Source: a virus
Taxonomy: Duplodnaviria; Heunggongvirae; Uroviricota; Caudoviricetes
Direction: 5' to 3' (one strand)
DNA length: 46,481 bases
IMG/VR virus record: IMGVR_UViG_648861009_000008
Of the stretch, positions 21,653-32,911 are shown piece after piece (positions within the stretch are counted from its first letter, which is position 1; each line of letters starts with the position of its first letter). Made by a program: the position numbers and the translations under genes. The notes under the pieces were generated by a model. It saw only the letters and a list, made by a program, of their open reading frames with translations, searched no databases and was not told the origin of the DNA.

Positions 21653-23745
21653 CCTCCGGAAGTCAGCCAGGGGTTAACATCGTCAGTTACTGTTTTCTTC
21701 CGTTTTTGTTTTTTAACAGGCGTGGATACCGGTTCCGGTGTGGGTGACGGTTCGGTACTGTCCGGGACACACTCCAGCCAGGTTTCCCGGCTCGCCCACT
21801 CCGGTGCATCCGGCCAGCGGATCTTTTCGTATCCATGCAGAATGACCAGAGCCTCGGCATACACCATCAGGTCAAAAGCTTCGTTGGCACCGCGACCCGG
21901 CTTACTCCATTTCCCGTCACTGCTCCGCTCTTCATACGTCAGTTCGTCGTAAAACCAGCTCCCCAGCCAGTCAGGGAAATGCACATAGCCGGGACCTGGC
22001 GAGTCACGCCATAACGCGTTATTCACCCGGTCTTTCAGGGCATCCGTCTGAAGAAGCCAGAGCGGCACATCACCTGCGGCCTGCGCCCGGCGGCCCGTTC
22101 GTCCGGTGTTATCAGGGAATGTACGGCTGATCAGTTTTGCGCGCCGGATGCTGTCACCCTTAAACAGGTAAATACGTTTACCAAGGCCATCACGACGGCA
22201 ACGACGCCAGAATTTATAGGCATTATCAGTGACCCCGTCTTCACCGCCGGAGTCCACCGCCATTGCCATCAGTCGCATTTGTTGAGAAGGATCGGAGGCC
22301 AGCGGCCAGCTTTTATGAAAAACATCCGTCAGCAGGACATCCCAGTCTTCCGGATAGCTGGCCGGATCAATTCGCTGGCTCTCCCCGTCGCTGTCACCGC
22401 GCAATGACTGCGTGATGTTGTAACGATCAATAATCCAGCGTTCGCCACGGCTGCCATAGCCCGTTACCTGAACCACAAAACGGCGATGACGTCCCGCCTG
22501 CACATCCACTGTCGCCACAAGGAAATTAACGCCATCCGGCACACTGCGGGAAGGAACTGGCTCTGCCCGCTGCTCAAGCAATTCACTTTTTCGTTGCTCC
22601 ATGCTGGCGCGGGGAAGATAAGGTAATCCCCAGTCGGTATTGATAACCGTCTTGAGTGTCTCTTCACTTCCGGTTGTCTCGTATTCCTGTTCTGCAGTAA
22701 GCAGTTTGTAAACGAGTTGCGAGAGTGTCTGATAAGCAGCTGCCGGACCCTCCATCCAGAATGACGCAATACGTGAACGCCGGGGATCACCATAACGACT
22801 GCCATCTGCATTGATGGATTCACCATCCCGTAACCAGACCCCACGTCCGTTCAGCTCGCGTTTTTGTTCAGGCAAAATCCGTCCTGAACAGGAAGGACAC
22901 TGAATATAAGCCGCCTCACTTGCCAGCACAGGATCGGCAATATCACGGAAACCAGCAACCACATCGCCGCAGGGCTGAAAATACTCACCACAGTGTGGAC
23001 AGGGCCAGTACCAGCGACGGCGATCGCCACGGTTATAGAGCGACAGGATCCCCGTGGTTGGTGGAGCCTCATGCGGTGAAGTCCGTCGCCATTTCACATC
23101 CTTCACATCCCTGCCGGGGGAACTCTCCACCAGCGTCATACCACTGGACATAAATGTGGTGGTACGTTTTGAGGCAAGAGAGAAGGCATCCCCCTCACCA
23201 TCAATATCTTCCGGAAAACGGTCATAATCCGTCAGCGCCACGCATTTATAATCTGATGAAGACATGATATTGACTGACGGCCAGCCGATTTTCAGGTAGT
23301 TGCCAGCAAGGAATGTTCTGTCATAAACGTTGTTGTCATTTTTGTTCGGACTCAGGCGACTGACCACTTCCGGGCTGACGCGAAACGTTCTGGCGAGTCG
23401 TTTTTTGGAGTGTTCGCGGGCTTTTTCCTCCGTCATCTGAATGATCAGCATATCAGCAGGATCGCAAATCACGTTGTAAATCACCCAGCCGTCAATCAGG
23501 CCGATAGTCTTGCCGGTTCGTGCCGGGCCAACAAATATCACTGCGTCGTATTCACGCGAGGCCAGGCAGTTCATAGGCTCAATAACATACGGTGCCACCA
23601 GCGGATCCCACGGGACTGAGTTCCCTGCCCCCATAGGCACCCGCATATACTGAGCAACGGCATCAGCAACCCGCATTCGTCTCGGTGCGCGAAGGATATA
23701 ACCTGAATCGGTTCGTGCTGCCTTTGCGGTTTCCTGATTCAGCAT
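21643..23745 (-). CDS. A: terminase large subunit (lambda A-like)
   Basis: 700 aa with Walker A-like GPARTGKT motif; downstream of the small subunit. Confidence 0.9.
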   Translation of the reverse strand: MLNQETAKAARTDSGYILRAPRRMRVADAVAQYMRVPMGAGNSVPWDPLVAPYVIEPMNCLASREYDAVIFVGPARTGKTIGLIDGWVIYNVICDPADMLIIQMTEEKAREHSKKRLARTFRVSPEVVSRLSPNKNDNNVYDRTFLAGNYLKIGWPSVNIMSSSDYKCVALTDYDRFPEDIDGEGDAFSLASKRTTTFMSSGMTLVESSPGRDVKDVKWRRTSPHEAPPTTGILSLYNRGDRRRWYWPCPHCGEYFQPCGDVVAGFRDIADPVLASEAAYIQCPSCSGRILPEQKRELNGRGVWLRDGESINADGSRYGDPRRSRIASFWMEGPAAAYQTLSQLVYKLLTAEQEYETTGSEETLKTVINTDWGLPYLPRASMEQRKSELLEQRAEPVPSRSVPDGVNFLVATVDVQAGRHRRFVVQVTGYGSRGERWIIDRYNITQSLRGDSDGESQRIDPASYPEDWDVLLTDVFHKSWPLASDPSQQMRLMAMAVDSGGEDGVTDNAYKFWRRCRRDGLGKRIYLFKGDSIRRAKLISRTFPDNTGRTGRRAQAAGDVPLWLLQTDALKDRVNNALWRDSPGPGYVHFPDWLGSWFYDELTYEERSSDGKWSKPGRGANEAFDLMVYAEALVILHGYEKIRWPDAPEWASRETWLECVPDSTEPSPTPEPVSTPVKKQKRKKTVTDDVNPWLTSGGWL

Positions 23746-24239
23746 TACTCCTCCTGCTGTAATTCCTCCTCATCATCCGCACCTGCTTCAGTCACCCGCA
23801 GGGCTATCTGATCGCGCAGATCATCAATAATGGACTGAACACGGCTCACAGCGGCAGGCTGCAGACCGCAGTCACGTTCAAGAATATCCGGTAATGTCTC
23901 CAGCACCTGCACGACCGCTTTTGCCCAGATGGCAAACTCCCGTCTGACATCACTGGCCGGAATGAGTTGTGCCGTTTCCTGTTCGAACTTAAGACGCTCA
24001 CGTTCAGACTGATACCAGGCTTTGCGCTCATGCGCGTCCATTTCGCCTTCTGCAACCGGCGGTGGTAATGCCAGAAATGCCGACACAATATCAACCACCC
24101 GATAAAGCTTGAGGTTGCTTTCATGCCCCCCTGCAACGGGTAGATTTTGCAGCCTTGCCGCAGCAGTCTGGCGATGTACACCTGACAATGCCGCCAGTTG
24201 ACTGATATTCAGCGTCAGATTTTTTAACTCTCGATCCAT
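23745..24239 (-). CDS. nohQ: terminase small subunit (Nu1-like)
   Basis: 164 aa with N-terminal HTH (LNISQLAALSGVHRQTAAARL); overlaps the large-subunit start; cos-like site about 175 nt upstream. Confidence 0.85.
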   Translation of the reverse strand: MDRELKNLTLNISQLAALSGVHRQTAAARLQNLPVAGGHESNLKLYRVVDIVSAFLALPPPVAEGEMDAHERKAWYQSERERLKFEQETAQLIPASDVRREFAIWAKAVVQVLETLPDILERDCGLQPAAVSRVQSIIDDLRDQIALRVTEAGADDEEELQQEE

Positions 24240-24379
24240 ACCCGCTCCAGAATGTTTTAAACATGCATCTTGCGAACAACTTTAGGCAAACGGTGTTAGT
24301 GATGAACAAAAAACAATCAGAATCGACACCATAAAAATAAATCCACTGTAATATCAATCAATTACAGTAGTGGTGATGA

Positions 24380-24480
24380 CGAATAAAATTTCAAAAACTA
24401 GCCTTTTTCCGCGACGCTCCCGCCCCGTGGCAGGGGCCCCCACCGGGAGGACCCGACAGCCTGACAGCCTGACAGCCGTG
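24380..24480 (-). other. lambda-type cos region (candidate cosN about 24414..24425)
   Basis: Minus-strand reading ...CGGGTCCTCCCGGTG...CCACG|GGGCGGGAGCGTCGCGG...TGAAATTTT resembles lambda ...CGGGTCCTTTCCGGTG...TTACG|GGGCGGCGACCTCGCGGG...TGAAAATTTT. Confidence 0.6.
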
Positions 24481-24801
24481 ACGAGCATCTGATACAGCGC
24501 TTTACATAATGGCATAGGAATAATTCAGAAGGACATCACAGCATGCCCACACAAATTAGTGTGAGTGTCCTGTTTCTTCCTACGCACAGGACTGACGAGC
24601 ATGAGGGGAAAATATGCGAACCATAAATGCCTCATCTTCAGCAATGCAGCCGGCATCCGAACAGGACGATATTGTAAATTCACCTAATTACGAGGACATT
24701 GCAGTAGTTGAATTGCAGCTCTGTATTAGCCTGACAGTGACAGAATGCGATATTGACTCTGTCACAGGTGAAATAGTTTGAATGATTAGCAGTTATGGTG
24801 C

Positions 24802-25008
24802 TCAGTCAACCACCAGGGAATAATCCTTCGAATTCTTATCGTGCTTCACCAACGCTGCCTCAATTGCCCTGAATGCTTCCAGAGACACCTGATGTTCTAT
24901 ACATGCAATTACAACATCCGGGTAACTCATAGAAATGGTGCTATTAAGCATATTTTTTACACGAATCAGATCCAACGAGAGTTCATCAGCAGATTGTTCT
25001 TTATTCAT
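24802..25008 (-). CDS. hypothetical small prophage protein (68 aa)
   Basis: ORF between cos and the ydfO-like gene; not confidently recognised. Confidence 0.45.
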   Translation of the reverse strand: MNKEQSADELSLDLIRVKNMLNSTISMSYPDVVIACIEHQVSLEAFRAIEAALVKHDKNSKDYSLVVD

Positions 25009-25293
25009 TTTGTCGCTCCATGCGTTTGCTCGTCATCTAGCGGTTAAAATATTACTTCAAATCTTACTGCATAAAAGAGGAAAAGTATGAAAGTTTGAGT
25101 ACATCGACCTTACATACATCTGTCGGTTGCATATCCCTCCTGGATGCCAGCAAGGCTCAATTTTGTTACGCAATCAACACTATTCATTAAAAACAGGCTT
25201 AATATTTGACATAAATCATCAACAAAACACAAAGAGGTCAGACCAGATTAAAACAATAAACACGATAATGCAAACTACGCGCCATCGTATCAC

Positions 25294-25719
25294 ATGGAAG
25301 GTTTACCAATGGCTCAGGCTGCCATTTTTAAAGAAATATTCGATCAAGTGCGTAAAGATTTAAACTGTGAATTATTTTATTCTGAGCTAAAACGTCACAA
25401 TATCTCACTTTATATTTACTATTTAGCCACAGATAATATTCACATTGTGTTAGAAAACGACAACATAGTGTTAGTAAAAGGACTCAAAAAGGTTGTAAAT
25501 GTTAAATTCTCCAGAAACAAACATCTTATAGAGACCTCCTATAATAAGTTGAAATCAAAAGAAATCACATTTCAACAATACAGGGAAAATCTTGCTAAAG
25601 CAGGAGTTTTCCGATGGGTTACAAATATCCAGGAACACCAAAGATATTACTATGCCTTTGATAACTCATTACTATTTACTGAAAGCATCCAGAAAACTAC
25701 ACAGATCTTACCACGCTAA
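25294..25719 (+). CDS. ydfO: DUF1398-family prophage protein (YdfO/YbcV-like); start may be the internal ATG at 25309
   Basis: Translation ...[31 protein letters not shown]...[15 protein letters not shown]... matches YdfO as recalled. Confidence 0.7.
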   Translation: MEGLPMAQAAIFKEIFDQVRKDLNCELFYSELKRHNISLYIYYLATDNIHIVLENDNIVLVKGLKKVVNVKFSRNKHLIETSYNKLKSKEITFQQYRENLAKAGVFRWVTNIQEHQRYYYAFDNSLLFTESIQKTTQILPR

Positions 25720-25870
25720 ACCATAACGTCCGGCTTCTCTCACTCCTGAGCCGGACTGCATTGGTTTAATAAAAACCATCAACAATTGTGATTTAGATAT
25801 TCGGAACCATTCAAATATAACAAAACCCCGTAAAAACGAGGTTTATGGATAAATTTTATTATTGAATACA

Positions 25871-26042
25871 TCAGATTAAATTAATCTTGACATCATAGCT
25901 TTCAAGACCCGTCATTTTTTCCCGTGCGGTAAACTGAATACTGGTAACTTCTTTCCCGGTCTTTTTCTTAAGTTCAATAATTTTTTTGTTATATATTCAG
26001 AAATATCTGCTTCTGCTTTTGTTTTAAGTTTTCAATATTCAT
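25871..26042 (-). pseudogene. gnsB: gnsB-like gene disrupted by two single-base deletions in T-runs
   Basis: Three consecutive frames give MNIENLK / QKAEADISEYITKK / IIELKKKTGKEVTSIQFTAREKMTGLESYDVKINLI, together collinear with GnsB as recalled. Confidence 0.55.
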
Positions 26043-26213
26043 CATTTCCTCTTTTAGTCTGTTATGACTTTCCAGTTACACAGTAAGTCGATTATATGGT
26101 GCAAACGTGTAAAAGATAAGATGAAACATCGCAATAATCAACATACGATAGTCTAAATTTTACACAAACAGACAAAGAGAATTTTCCTGAATTATCAATA
26201 CAATAGCATCAAA

Positions 26214-26405
26214 TCAACTCAAGAGCCTTATTGCTGCTTCCAGAATTTCTTCTGAAGTAACATGTCGATCCGCGGCTACATAAATGACTTTATGATCTCC
26301 GGTCAGAGATGGAAACCCTGCGGCCATTACAGTAAGGTGTGTTTTTTCGCCATTTGGATATTCACGCATGATGGTGTTAACTCCAGTCATCGCTGGCACT
26401 ACCAC
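26214..26405 (-). CDS. hypothetical small prophage protein (63 aa)
   Basis: ORF upstream of the cspI-like gene; not recognised. Confidence 0.45.
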   Translation of the reverse strand: MVVPAMTGVNTIMREYPNGEKTHLTVMAAGFPSLTGDHKVIYVAADRHVTSEEILEAAIRLLS

Positions 26406-26496
26406 TGCTGGTTCAGAGTTAAAAAAACTATGATTTTTTTCATGATGTTACCGTAGTATGTGAGTATCCATCGAATAGATACCAAGCAAAAAAGCT

Positions 26497-26520
26497 CCCG
26501 AAGGAGCCTTCATTTTCACT
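26497..26520 (-). terminator. Rho-independent terminator downstream of the cspI-like gene
   Basis: Minus-strand hairpin GGCTCC-ttcg-GGAGC followed by TTTTTTGC. Confidence 0.6.
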
Positions 26521-26714
26521 TTTTTAAATCCAACGACAGACGGCTGGCATTTAAGTATTGTGAAATATTATCAAATGTAATCATCATTGATTTACAAAAG
26601 ATACATTTTGCCCCGAAAGGATTCATGTCAGAAACATCAAAAGATGATGTTCTATACTGGGAACCATGACAACACGGGCATCTAAAGTGAATATGGTTTG
26701 TAATATTGTCTACC

Positions 26715-26927
26715 TCAAAGCGCCACTACATGAACAGCGGCAGGACCTTTAGGTCCGTTCTCAATACCAAATTCAACTTCCTGATTCTCAGTTAATGTTT
26801 TGAAATCGTTGCTCTGAATTGCTGAGAAATGGACAAACACATCTTTGCTGCCATCTTTCGGCGTGATGAAACCAAAACCTTTTTCAGGGTTAAACCATTT
26901 CACTAAACCAGTCATTTTGTTAGACAT
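26715..26927 (-). CDS. cspI: cold-shock protein (CspA family)
   Basis: [23 protein letters not shown]...VHFSAI with RNP1/RNP2 motifs, 70 aa. Confidence 0.9.
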   Translation of the reverse strand: MSNKMTGLVKWFNPEKGFGFITPKDGSKDVFVHFSAIQSNDFKTLTENQEVEFGIENGPKGPAAVHVVAL

Positions 26928-27290
26928 AATTATTACCTTTTGAAGAAATTAGCCCTTGGGCAGAATGGTCCGAAAAAAAATATCAGAGAGAAAAACCAAC
27001 AAGGAAATCTCAAGAGGTACAAATAATAAAATTATAACAATGACTGCTTCAGATAAATTTGTAACAAACCAGAACACCATTAACGCATGATTAACCACCC
27101 ATAGCAAGGATTACTTTTGTAAAGAAAAACACAGCAATGAAAGAATAGCTTTATTTATTAATAATAACGTGTCATTCTGATTAAGACCTTTTATCTTACC
27201 CTTAAGATTTCAGGAATTTTGGCTCATGGAAGAGTCCTTTTTATTTAAATTTTACATTCCGCGATGTAAATGTTCCGATTTAATATTACC

Positions 27291-28314
<1,024 letters not shown>

Positions 28315-28318
<4 letters not shown>

Positions 28319-28602
28319 ATATATTTATGATGAGGACGCTCGTGCTTATTGGCAGGATTTTCAATCTTAAAGGAGTACTGATGCTGCAGATAAGACTCAA
28401 CTTTTTCTGACAATTTTTCTGCTACTTCCAGGAAGACTTGCCGGACGCTCCTTCTGGCTGCTGCCTCATAAAACTCCAGCGCAGCTCCTTCAACACGGTC
28501 CATGGCGACATCCAGGTCAAAAATTTCACCGTCAAAGCGTTCTTTGTCCTGTAAGGCTACAGTTACCGTAACTTTATTCTCAAAATTACGGACTCCTTTC
28601 AC
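28315..28602 (-). CDS. ydfR: DUF1327-family prophage protein (YdfR-like)
   Basis: 95-aa ORF between holin and endolysin, overlapping the endolysin start by 4 nt. Confidence 0.55.
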
Positions 28603-28630
28603 AACCAGTTCATAGTCTTGAGTCGTTGGA

Positions 28631-28846
28631 TTACTCTCCTCTCGCAGCCTTACGCCTGTCTTCTTTAATCTTGAAATAAAGATTTGTCAGATACGTCAGC
28701 AGGCCAAAAACCAGGCTACCCAGCACACCGATTGCAGCCCACTGTGACGGAGTTACTTTATCGAGTAACTGCAATGCCCAGAAACCAGCATTACCCGCCG
28801 ATGTGCCATAGGCAACACCTGTTGTTAACTTATCCATTGATTTCAT
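28631..28846 (-). CDS. essQ: class II holin / pinholin (phage 21 S-like) with dual start MKSMDK
   Basis: [71 protein letters not shown] closely matches S21 as recalled; the ORF track extends upstream to 28921. Confidence 0.85.
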   Translation of the reverse strand: MKSMDKLTTGVAYGTSAGNAGFWALQLLDKVTPSQWAAIGVLGSLVFGLLTYLTNLYFKIKEDRRKAARGE

Positions 28847-29065
28847 ATCCTCACCCCGATGTACACGGATGGTGCAATATGTTTGAAAAGATCGGAGTCT
28901 ACGGGGTAGTTTTGACAGCACACGTTGTTCTCAACGGCGCTAAAAAAACATACACATTAAAAATGTGGGTAATTATTTTGAAAGAAAGTCATATATAAAA
29001 TAATAATACGAGAAATGTTTTCATATTTAGTGTACTGTATACGGCCATTTATACAGGAAAAGCCT

Positions 29066-29236
29066 ATGTCAGAACGTAAAAACTCAAAATCACGCCGTAA
29101 TTATCTCGTTAAATGTTCCTGCCCAAACTGCACCCAAGAGTCAGAACACAGTTTTTCAAGAGTACAAAAAGGTGCCCTTTTGATCTGCCCTCATTGCAAC
29201 AAAGTATTCCAGACAAATCTTAAAGCTGTAGCCTGA
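29066..29236 (+). CDS. small zinc-ribbon protein (CxxC-x17-CxxC)
   Basis: MSERKNSKSRRNYLVKCSCPNC...LICPHCNKVF; the ORF track starts at an upstream ATG at 29015. Confidence 0.45.
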   Translation: MSERKNSKSRRNYLVKCSCPNCTQESEHSFSRVQKGALLICPHCNKVFQTNLKAVA

Positions 29237-29295
29237 TTGATTTTATTAGTAACAAGTATTTTTTATATTTTAATAATATATTTAAAGCAGATAAT

Positions 29296-29320
29296 AAAAA
29301 ACCCGCCTGAGCGGGTTTGA
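29296..29320 (-). terminator. Rho-independent terminator (strong on minus strand, weaker on plus)
   Basis: AAAAAACCCGCctgaGCGGGTTT; the minus-strand reading has the hairpin followed by TTTTTTATT. Confidence 0.65.
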
Positions 29321-29599
29321 GATTGTGGTGCTTTTTGTGGGAGTCATCCACTTACGCACTTTGTTTTGCCATGCCAGCAGTTAGCTTCTGCTGTAAAACT
29401 ATTCATGCAGCAAACCTGCACTTCACCACAATGGTTAGCATACTTTTCCTGATTAAGATTTTGCCAAATATGCTAGCCATTGTTTCATGTATTGGACCTC
29501 CTTACTTTTTATTAAAGAGATCCAATATTCACTACTCTGTCCGTATCTCTACTCAGGCATCAGCCTTCTTCGTTATCGTATACAGACGAGCGATGAATT

Positions 29600-29815
29600 T
29601 TAATCAGTAATGATGACATTTGCTGCTGCAGGACCTTTAGCACCACTCTCTATAGAGAAGGTAACCTTTTGACCTTCAAATAAGGTTCGATAATTATCAT
29701 TCTGAATCGCAGAAAAATGCACAAACACATCTTTACTACCATCAACAGGAGAAATAAAGCCGAAACCTTTATCAGCGTTAAACCATTTTACTAAACCAGT
29801 CATTTTATTTGACAT
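29600..29815 (-). CDS. cspB: cold-shock protein (CspA family)
   Basis: [23 protein letters not shown]...VHFSAIQ..., 71 aa. Confidence 0.9.
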   Translation of the reverse strand: MSNKMTGLVKWFNADKGFGFISPVDGSKDVFVHFSAIQNDNYRTLFEGQKVTFSIESGAKGPAAANVIITD

Positions 29816-30115
29816 TCTACATTCCTTAACTTGAGCCTTTCGGCATAAATGGTTTGCATAACAGAAACGACTTCGTACTTAATTGGAGAGACTCAAAGAA
29901 GGAATAAGTGAATAACACCTGAAATGAGAACTGCTTTAGTAAACTACTTCGTATATCGTCTGTTCTTCAAACCGACGCAATCATTAACGCATAGTTGAAC
30001 ATATGAAGCAATGTTTATTTTAGACATCCAGCCATCTTCAACCCCATCAAAAAACTATAGCTTTCTTCAGGAACGTGTGTATAGTGCGCCAAGTTATCAG
30101 TATTAAGGAATTTTT

Positions 30116-30328
30116 TTGTCCCGTAAAATGACAGGAATTGTCAAAACCTTTGACGGCAAAAGCGGCAAGGGTCTTATCACCCCATCCGATGGTCGTATCG
30201 ATGTCCAGCTTCATGTTTCAGCGCTCAATCTCCGCGATGCAGAAGAAATTACCACCGGATTACGCGTGGAATTTTGCCGGATAAATGGTCTGCGTGGCCC
30301 TTCAGCTGCCAATGTTTACCTTTCATGA
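30116..30328 (+). CDS. cspF: cold-shock-like protein (CspF/CspH type), apparent TTG start; alternative ATG at 30128
   Basis: (M)[36 protein letters not shown]...; divergent from cspB. Confidence 0.8.
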
Positions 30329-30612
30329 GCTATATTAAAGCTTTAATTTCAGGCCCCATCGGATCACACATGGAGAGTTTTTATGAATAACCCCGTCTGT
30401 CTTGATGACTGGTTGATTGGCTTTAAAAGCTTATGCTGTACTTTGGCCGTAATAGCTCTGCTAATAATATAATAAGCAGACTCATTGTGTTTAGGGACAT
30501 TGTACTGGAAGAAAATATTTTAAACATCAGGCAAATAACCAAGTCACCAGCTAAATAATAAGTTAACAGACATGAGTCCCGGGATGAGATTCAACATTAC
30601 CATTGCCCCATT

Positions 30613-30645
30613 TAAAGCACAAAACCCGCTCATCAGCGGGTTTTC
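30613..30645 (-). terminator. candidate tR'-like terminator downstream of the late promoter
   Basis: Minus-strand hairpin AACCCGCTGatgAGCGGGTT followed by TTGTGCTTT. Confidence 0.5.
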
Positions 30646-30689
30646 TACTTTTTCTTAACGTCGGGTATACAAAGCCCATCGTTGAAAAA

Positions 30690-30718
30690 ATTTTATCCAT
30701 ATTTTTTGAAAAATGCAA
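30690..30718 (-). promoter_or_regulatory. candidate late promoter pR' (TTGCAT-17-TAAAAT) just downstream of Q
   Basis: Near-consensus sigma70 hexamers with 17-nt spacer on the minus strand, about 30 to 60 nt after the Q stop. Confidence 0.55.
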
Positions 30719-30749
30719 ACATCATGTCGCCATCTTCAGCAAAAATCAT

Positions 30750-31502
30750 TTATCTCGTCACCTTCCTCAATTGCGCTTCCGCGTATGCTTCTTCCTGCCA
30801 GCACTTTGTTACCAGTTTATCAATGACGTCCGCATACCCCTTATACCACTGATAATCGGTCAGGTCTGGTACCAGCTTCTGGACATGACGTCGTGCCAGC
30901 GTGGTCGGTAAACGACTAAATCGGTTTCCATTACAACGCCCACAAATCTTATATACCGGTACGCCATGAAACCGGGTTCTTTTTTCATCCAGAACAATCC
31001 CTTTACCCTTACACCCTCTGCACGCTGTGCTGACTTCGCCCTTACCATGGCAATGCTGACATAGTTCCTTCACCCATTCTTCCTTGATTACAGATTCCCC
31101 GCGTCTGTAGTGTTTCACCACTTCGCGCAATACATTATAAAATCCCGTACCTGAACAATGCTCACAGCGAGCCTTACTTGCCGCAGACCTGGAGTAATCA
31201 GCAAAGGCAAAATTCACAAGGTAAGGAATAATCTGTAACCGGATTTCTTCACTCAATTTGTTCAATGTCGGGTTATCCAGTGCCATCGCGTAATTTAGCA
31301 GGCCTTCAATCGCAAACTGAGGGTCCTGAACACCAACTTTTGCCAGAAATAAGGCCAACCCAAGTGGTGCTTTCGACTGCACCATCCCCTGCGCTGCCAT
31401 TACATCCGTAATTGTTAAACAACCGGTGCCTGTCGCTGGAGCGTCATCGCTCAATTTTGGAGATTTTGGGGAGTAATATTTTGGTAAGGCTTCAAGGTTC
31501 AT
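30750..31502 (-). CDS. quuQ: late-gene antiterminator Q
   Basis: 250 aa with Cys-rich zinc-binding region (CEHCSGTG...CQHCHGKG...CRGCKGKG...CGRCNG); lambdoid Q position upstream of the lysis genes. Confidence 0.85.
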   Translation of the reverse strand: MNLEALPKYYSPKSPKLSDDAPATGTGCLTITDVMAAQGMVQSKAPLGLALFLAKVGVQDPQFAIEGLLNYAMALDNPTLNKLSEEIRLQIIPYLVNFAFADYSRSAASKARCEHCSGTGFYNVLREVVKHYRRGESVIKEEWVKELCQHCHGKGEVSTACRGCKGKGIVLDEKRTRFHGVPVYKICGRCNGNRFSRLPTTLARRHVQKLVPDLTDYQWYKGYADVIDKLVTKCWQEEAYAEAQLRKVTR

Positions 31503-31515
31503 GCTCGTTCTCCAC

Positions 31516-32604
31516 TTACGCCAGTACGCCAGTTGCCAGCGCGCGATCGATAAAACGAAATATCAGCTCCAGTTGGGAGCCATACTTCTCTTCAAATGCC
31601 ACTGTATCCGTATGCAGCTCGTTGTGATGCTTTCTGCACAAAGGCAACACAAAGAGATCATGTGCTTTTGTTCCCATTCCGCCCTGCCCGTGACCAATCA
31701 GATGATGCGGATCGTCGGCTGGCATACCGCAGCAAGCACACGGCTGTGTCTTAACCCAACGAGTGTATTTCTCCTTAACCCAGCGGCGACGTTTAGGCAG
31801 CTTCATGAAAGATTCCGGAGACTCTGGATCAACGGTGATGCTTACCACCGTCTTTTCCTGTGGTGGTTTTTGTTGCTGGTGGGCGTAAGGCAACGGTGCA
31901 AGATTTTCTGTGCGTTGTTTCAATATGCTGGTGGCGGTCTGCTCTCCCTGTACGATGTCGCTTTCGCGGTACACCGAGCAGATTTTTTCCGCTGGTAATC
32001 CCAGCGAACGACGCGATACAGCCTCAGGTAGTGCATCCACCACCTGATTGCAGACCGCCCACCAGGATAATTCAGCCAAAGATAATTCCCGCTCCTGCGT
32101 ACCGCTTATTGCGTGACGGATGACGTCAATCACCCATGCTGTCAGATTTTGTTGAGCAAGCAGCTCCAGTGATTCCGATGTCTGGTCACGCAGTTGGTTG
32201 TCGCAGTGCCAGCACAACACCATTGCGCCGGTACCATAACGGTGAATGACTGTTTCAGTGTGATGGTAATCGCCATTAGGCCACTGGCAGGATGTAACAT
32301 GACGTAATAGCCAGTCAGACAATGCGCCAACGCCGCCAGTAGCACGAATCACCCGTTCGTTACTAAAAAACGGCAGCAATGTTTTGTCTTCTGCCAGCGG
32401 CTGGCGAACGGCAGGAACGACTCCGGATGGCAGATTTCGCATGCTTTTTGGTTCCGGTTCCACCAGCACTCGAGGATTATGAAATATCTGTATGGATTCA
32501 CGGCCCGGCTTAAGGACCACCAGCCCAAGCTCAGGCACCAGAACAGGTCTAAGTAATACCCGCACGTTACCTCCAGATCCGTTGCTGGAAAGTGCGGGAC
32601 GCAC
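31516..32604 (-). CDS. ydfU: DUF968-family prophage protein with C-terminal HNH-like Cys/His motif
   Basis: 362 aa; C-terminal CACCGMPADDPHHLIGHG...CRKHHNELH. Confidence 0.7.
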   Translation of the reverse strand: MRPALSSNGSGGNVRVLLRPVLVPELGLVVLKPGRESIQIFHNPRVLVEPEPKSMRNLPSGVVPAVRQPLAEDKTLLPFFSNERVIRATGGVGALSDWLLRHVTSCQWPNGDYHHTETVIHRYGTGAMVLCWHCDNQLRDQTSESLELLAQQNLTAWVIDVIRHAISGTQERELSLAELSWWAVCNQVVDALPEAVSRRSLGLPAEKICSVYRESDIVQGEQTATSILKQRTENLAPLPYAHQQQKPPQEKTVVSITVDPESPESFMKLPKRRRWVKEKYTRWVKTQPCACCGMPADDPHHLIGHGQGGMGTKAHDLFVLPLCRKHHNELHTDTVAFEEKYGSQLELIFRFIDRALATGVLA

Positions 32605-32845
32605 GTGGTGGGCGTTCGGAATAAGGCAGCCTGACAGAGATTATCCAGTGCCGATAGTCGAGACTGAGAGCTTTCTTAACCTCGAACCCGCGCCTGCGGT
32701 AAGAATGAATCAGCCATTCGGCCTGTTCTGCAGTGCATGGAGGGTGCTGGAACCATTCAGACTTGAATGCGTGAGAATACCGCCCGTGCGTGCAGGCAAG
32801 AACGGGCGAATTATCAGAATTGTAATATTTTACGTTGCGTGCCAT
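32567..32845 (-). CDS. rem: Rem-like small prophage protein
   Basis: 92-aa ORF MARNVKYYNSDNSPVLACTHGRYSHAFKSEW..., upstream of ydfU. Confidence 0.5.
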   Translation of the reverse strand: MARNVKYYNSDNSPVLACTHGRYSHAFKSEWFQHPPCTAEQAEWLIHSYRRRGFEVKKALSLDYRHWIISVRLPYSERPPRASRTFQQRIWR

Positions 32846-32911
32846 CGGTTTTCTCCGGTGGCACGGTGTTACTCAGCGGGAGTTCAGCCCCGCGCAAGAT
32901 TGTAGATGAGT

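Noticed and set aside
30329-30749. tRNA genes downstream of Q, as found in some lambdoid phages
   Set aside because: No cloverleaf-compatible sequence seen; the region holds the late promoter and terminator instead.
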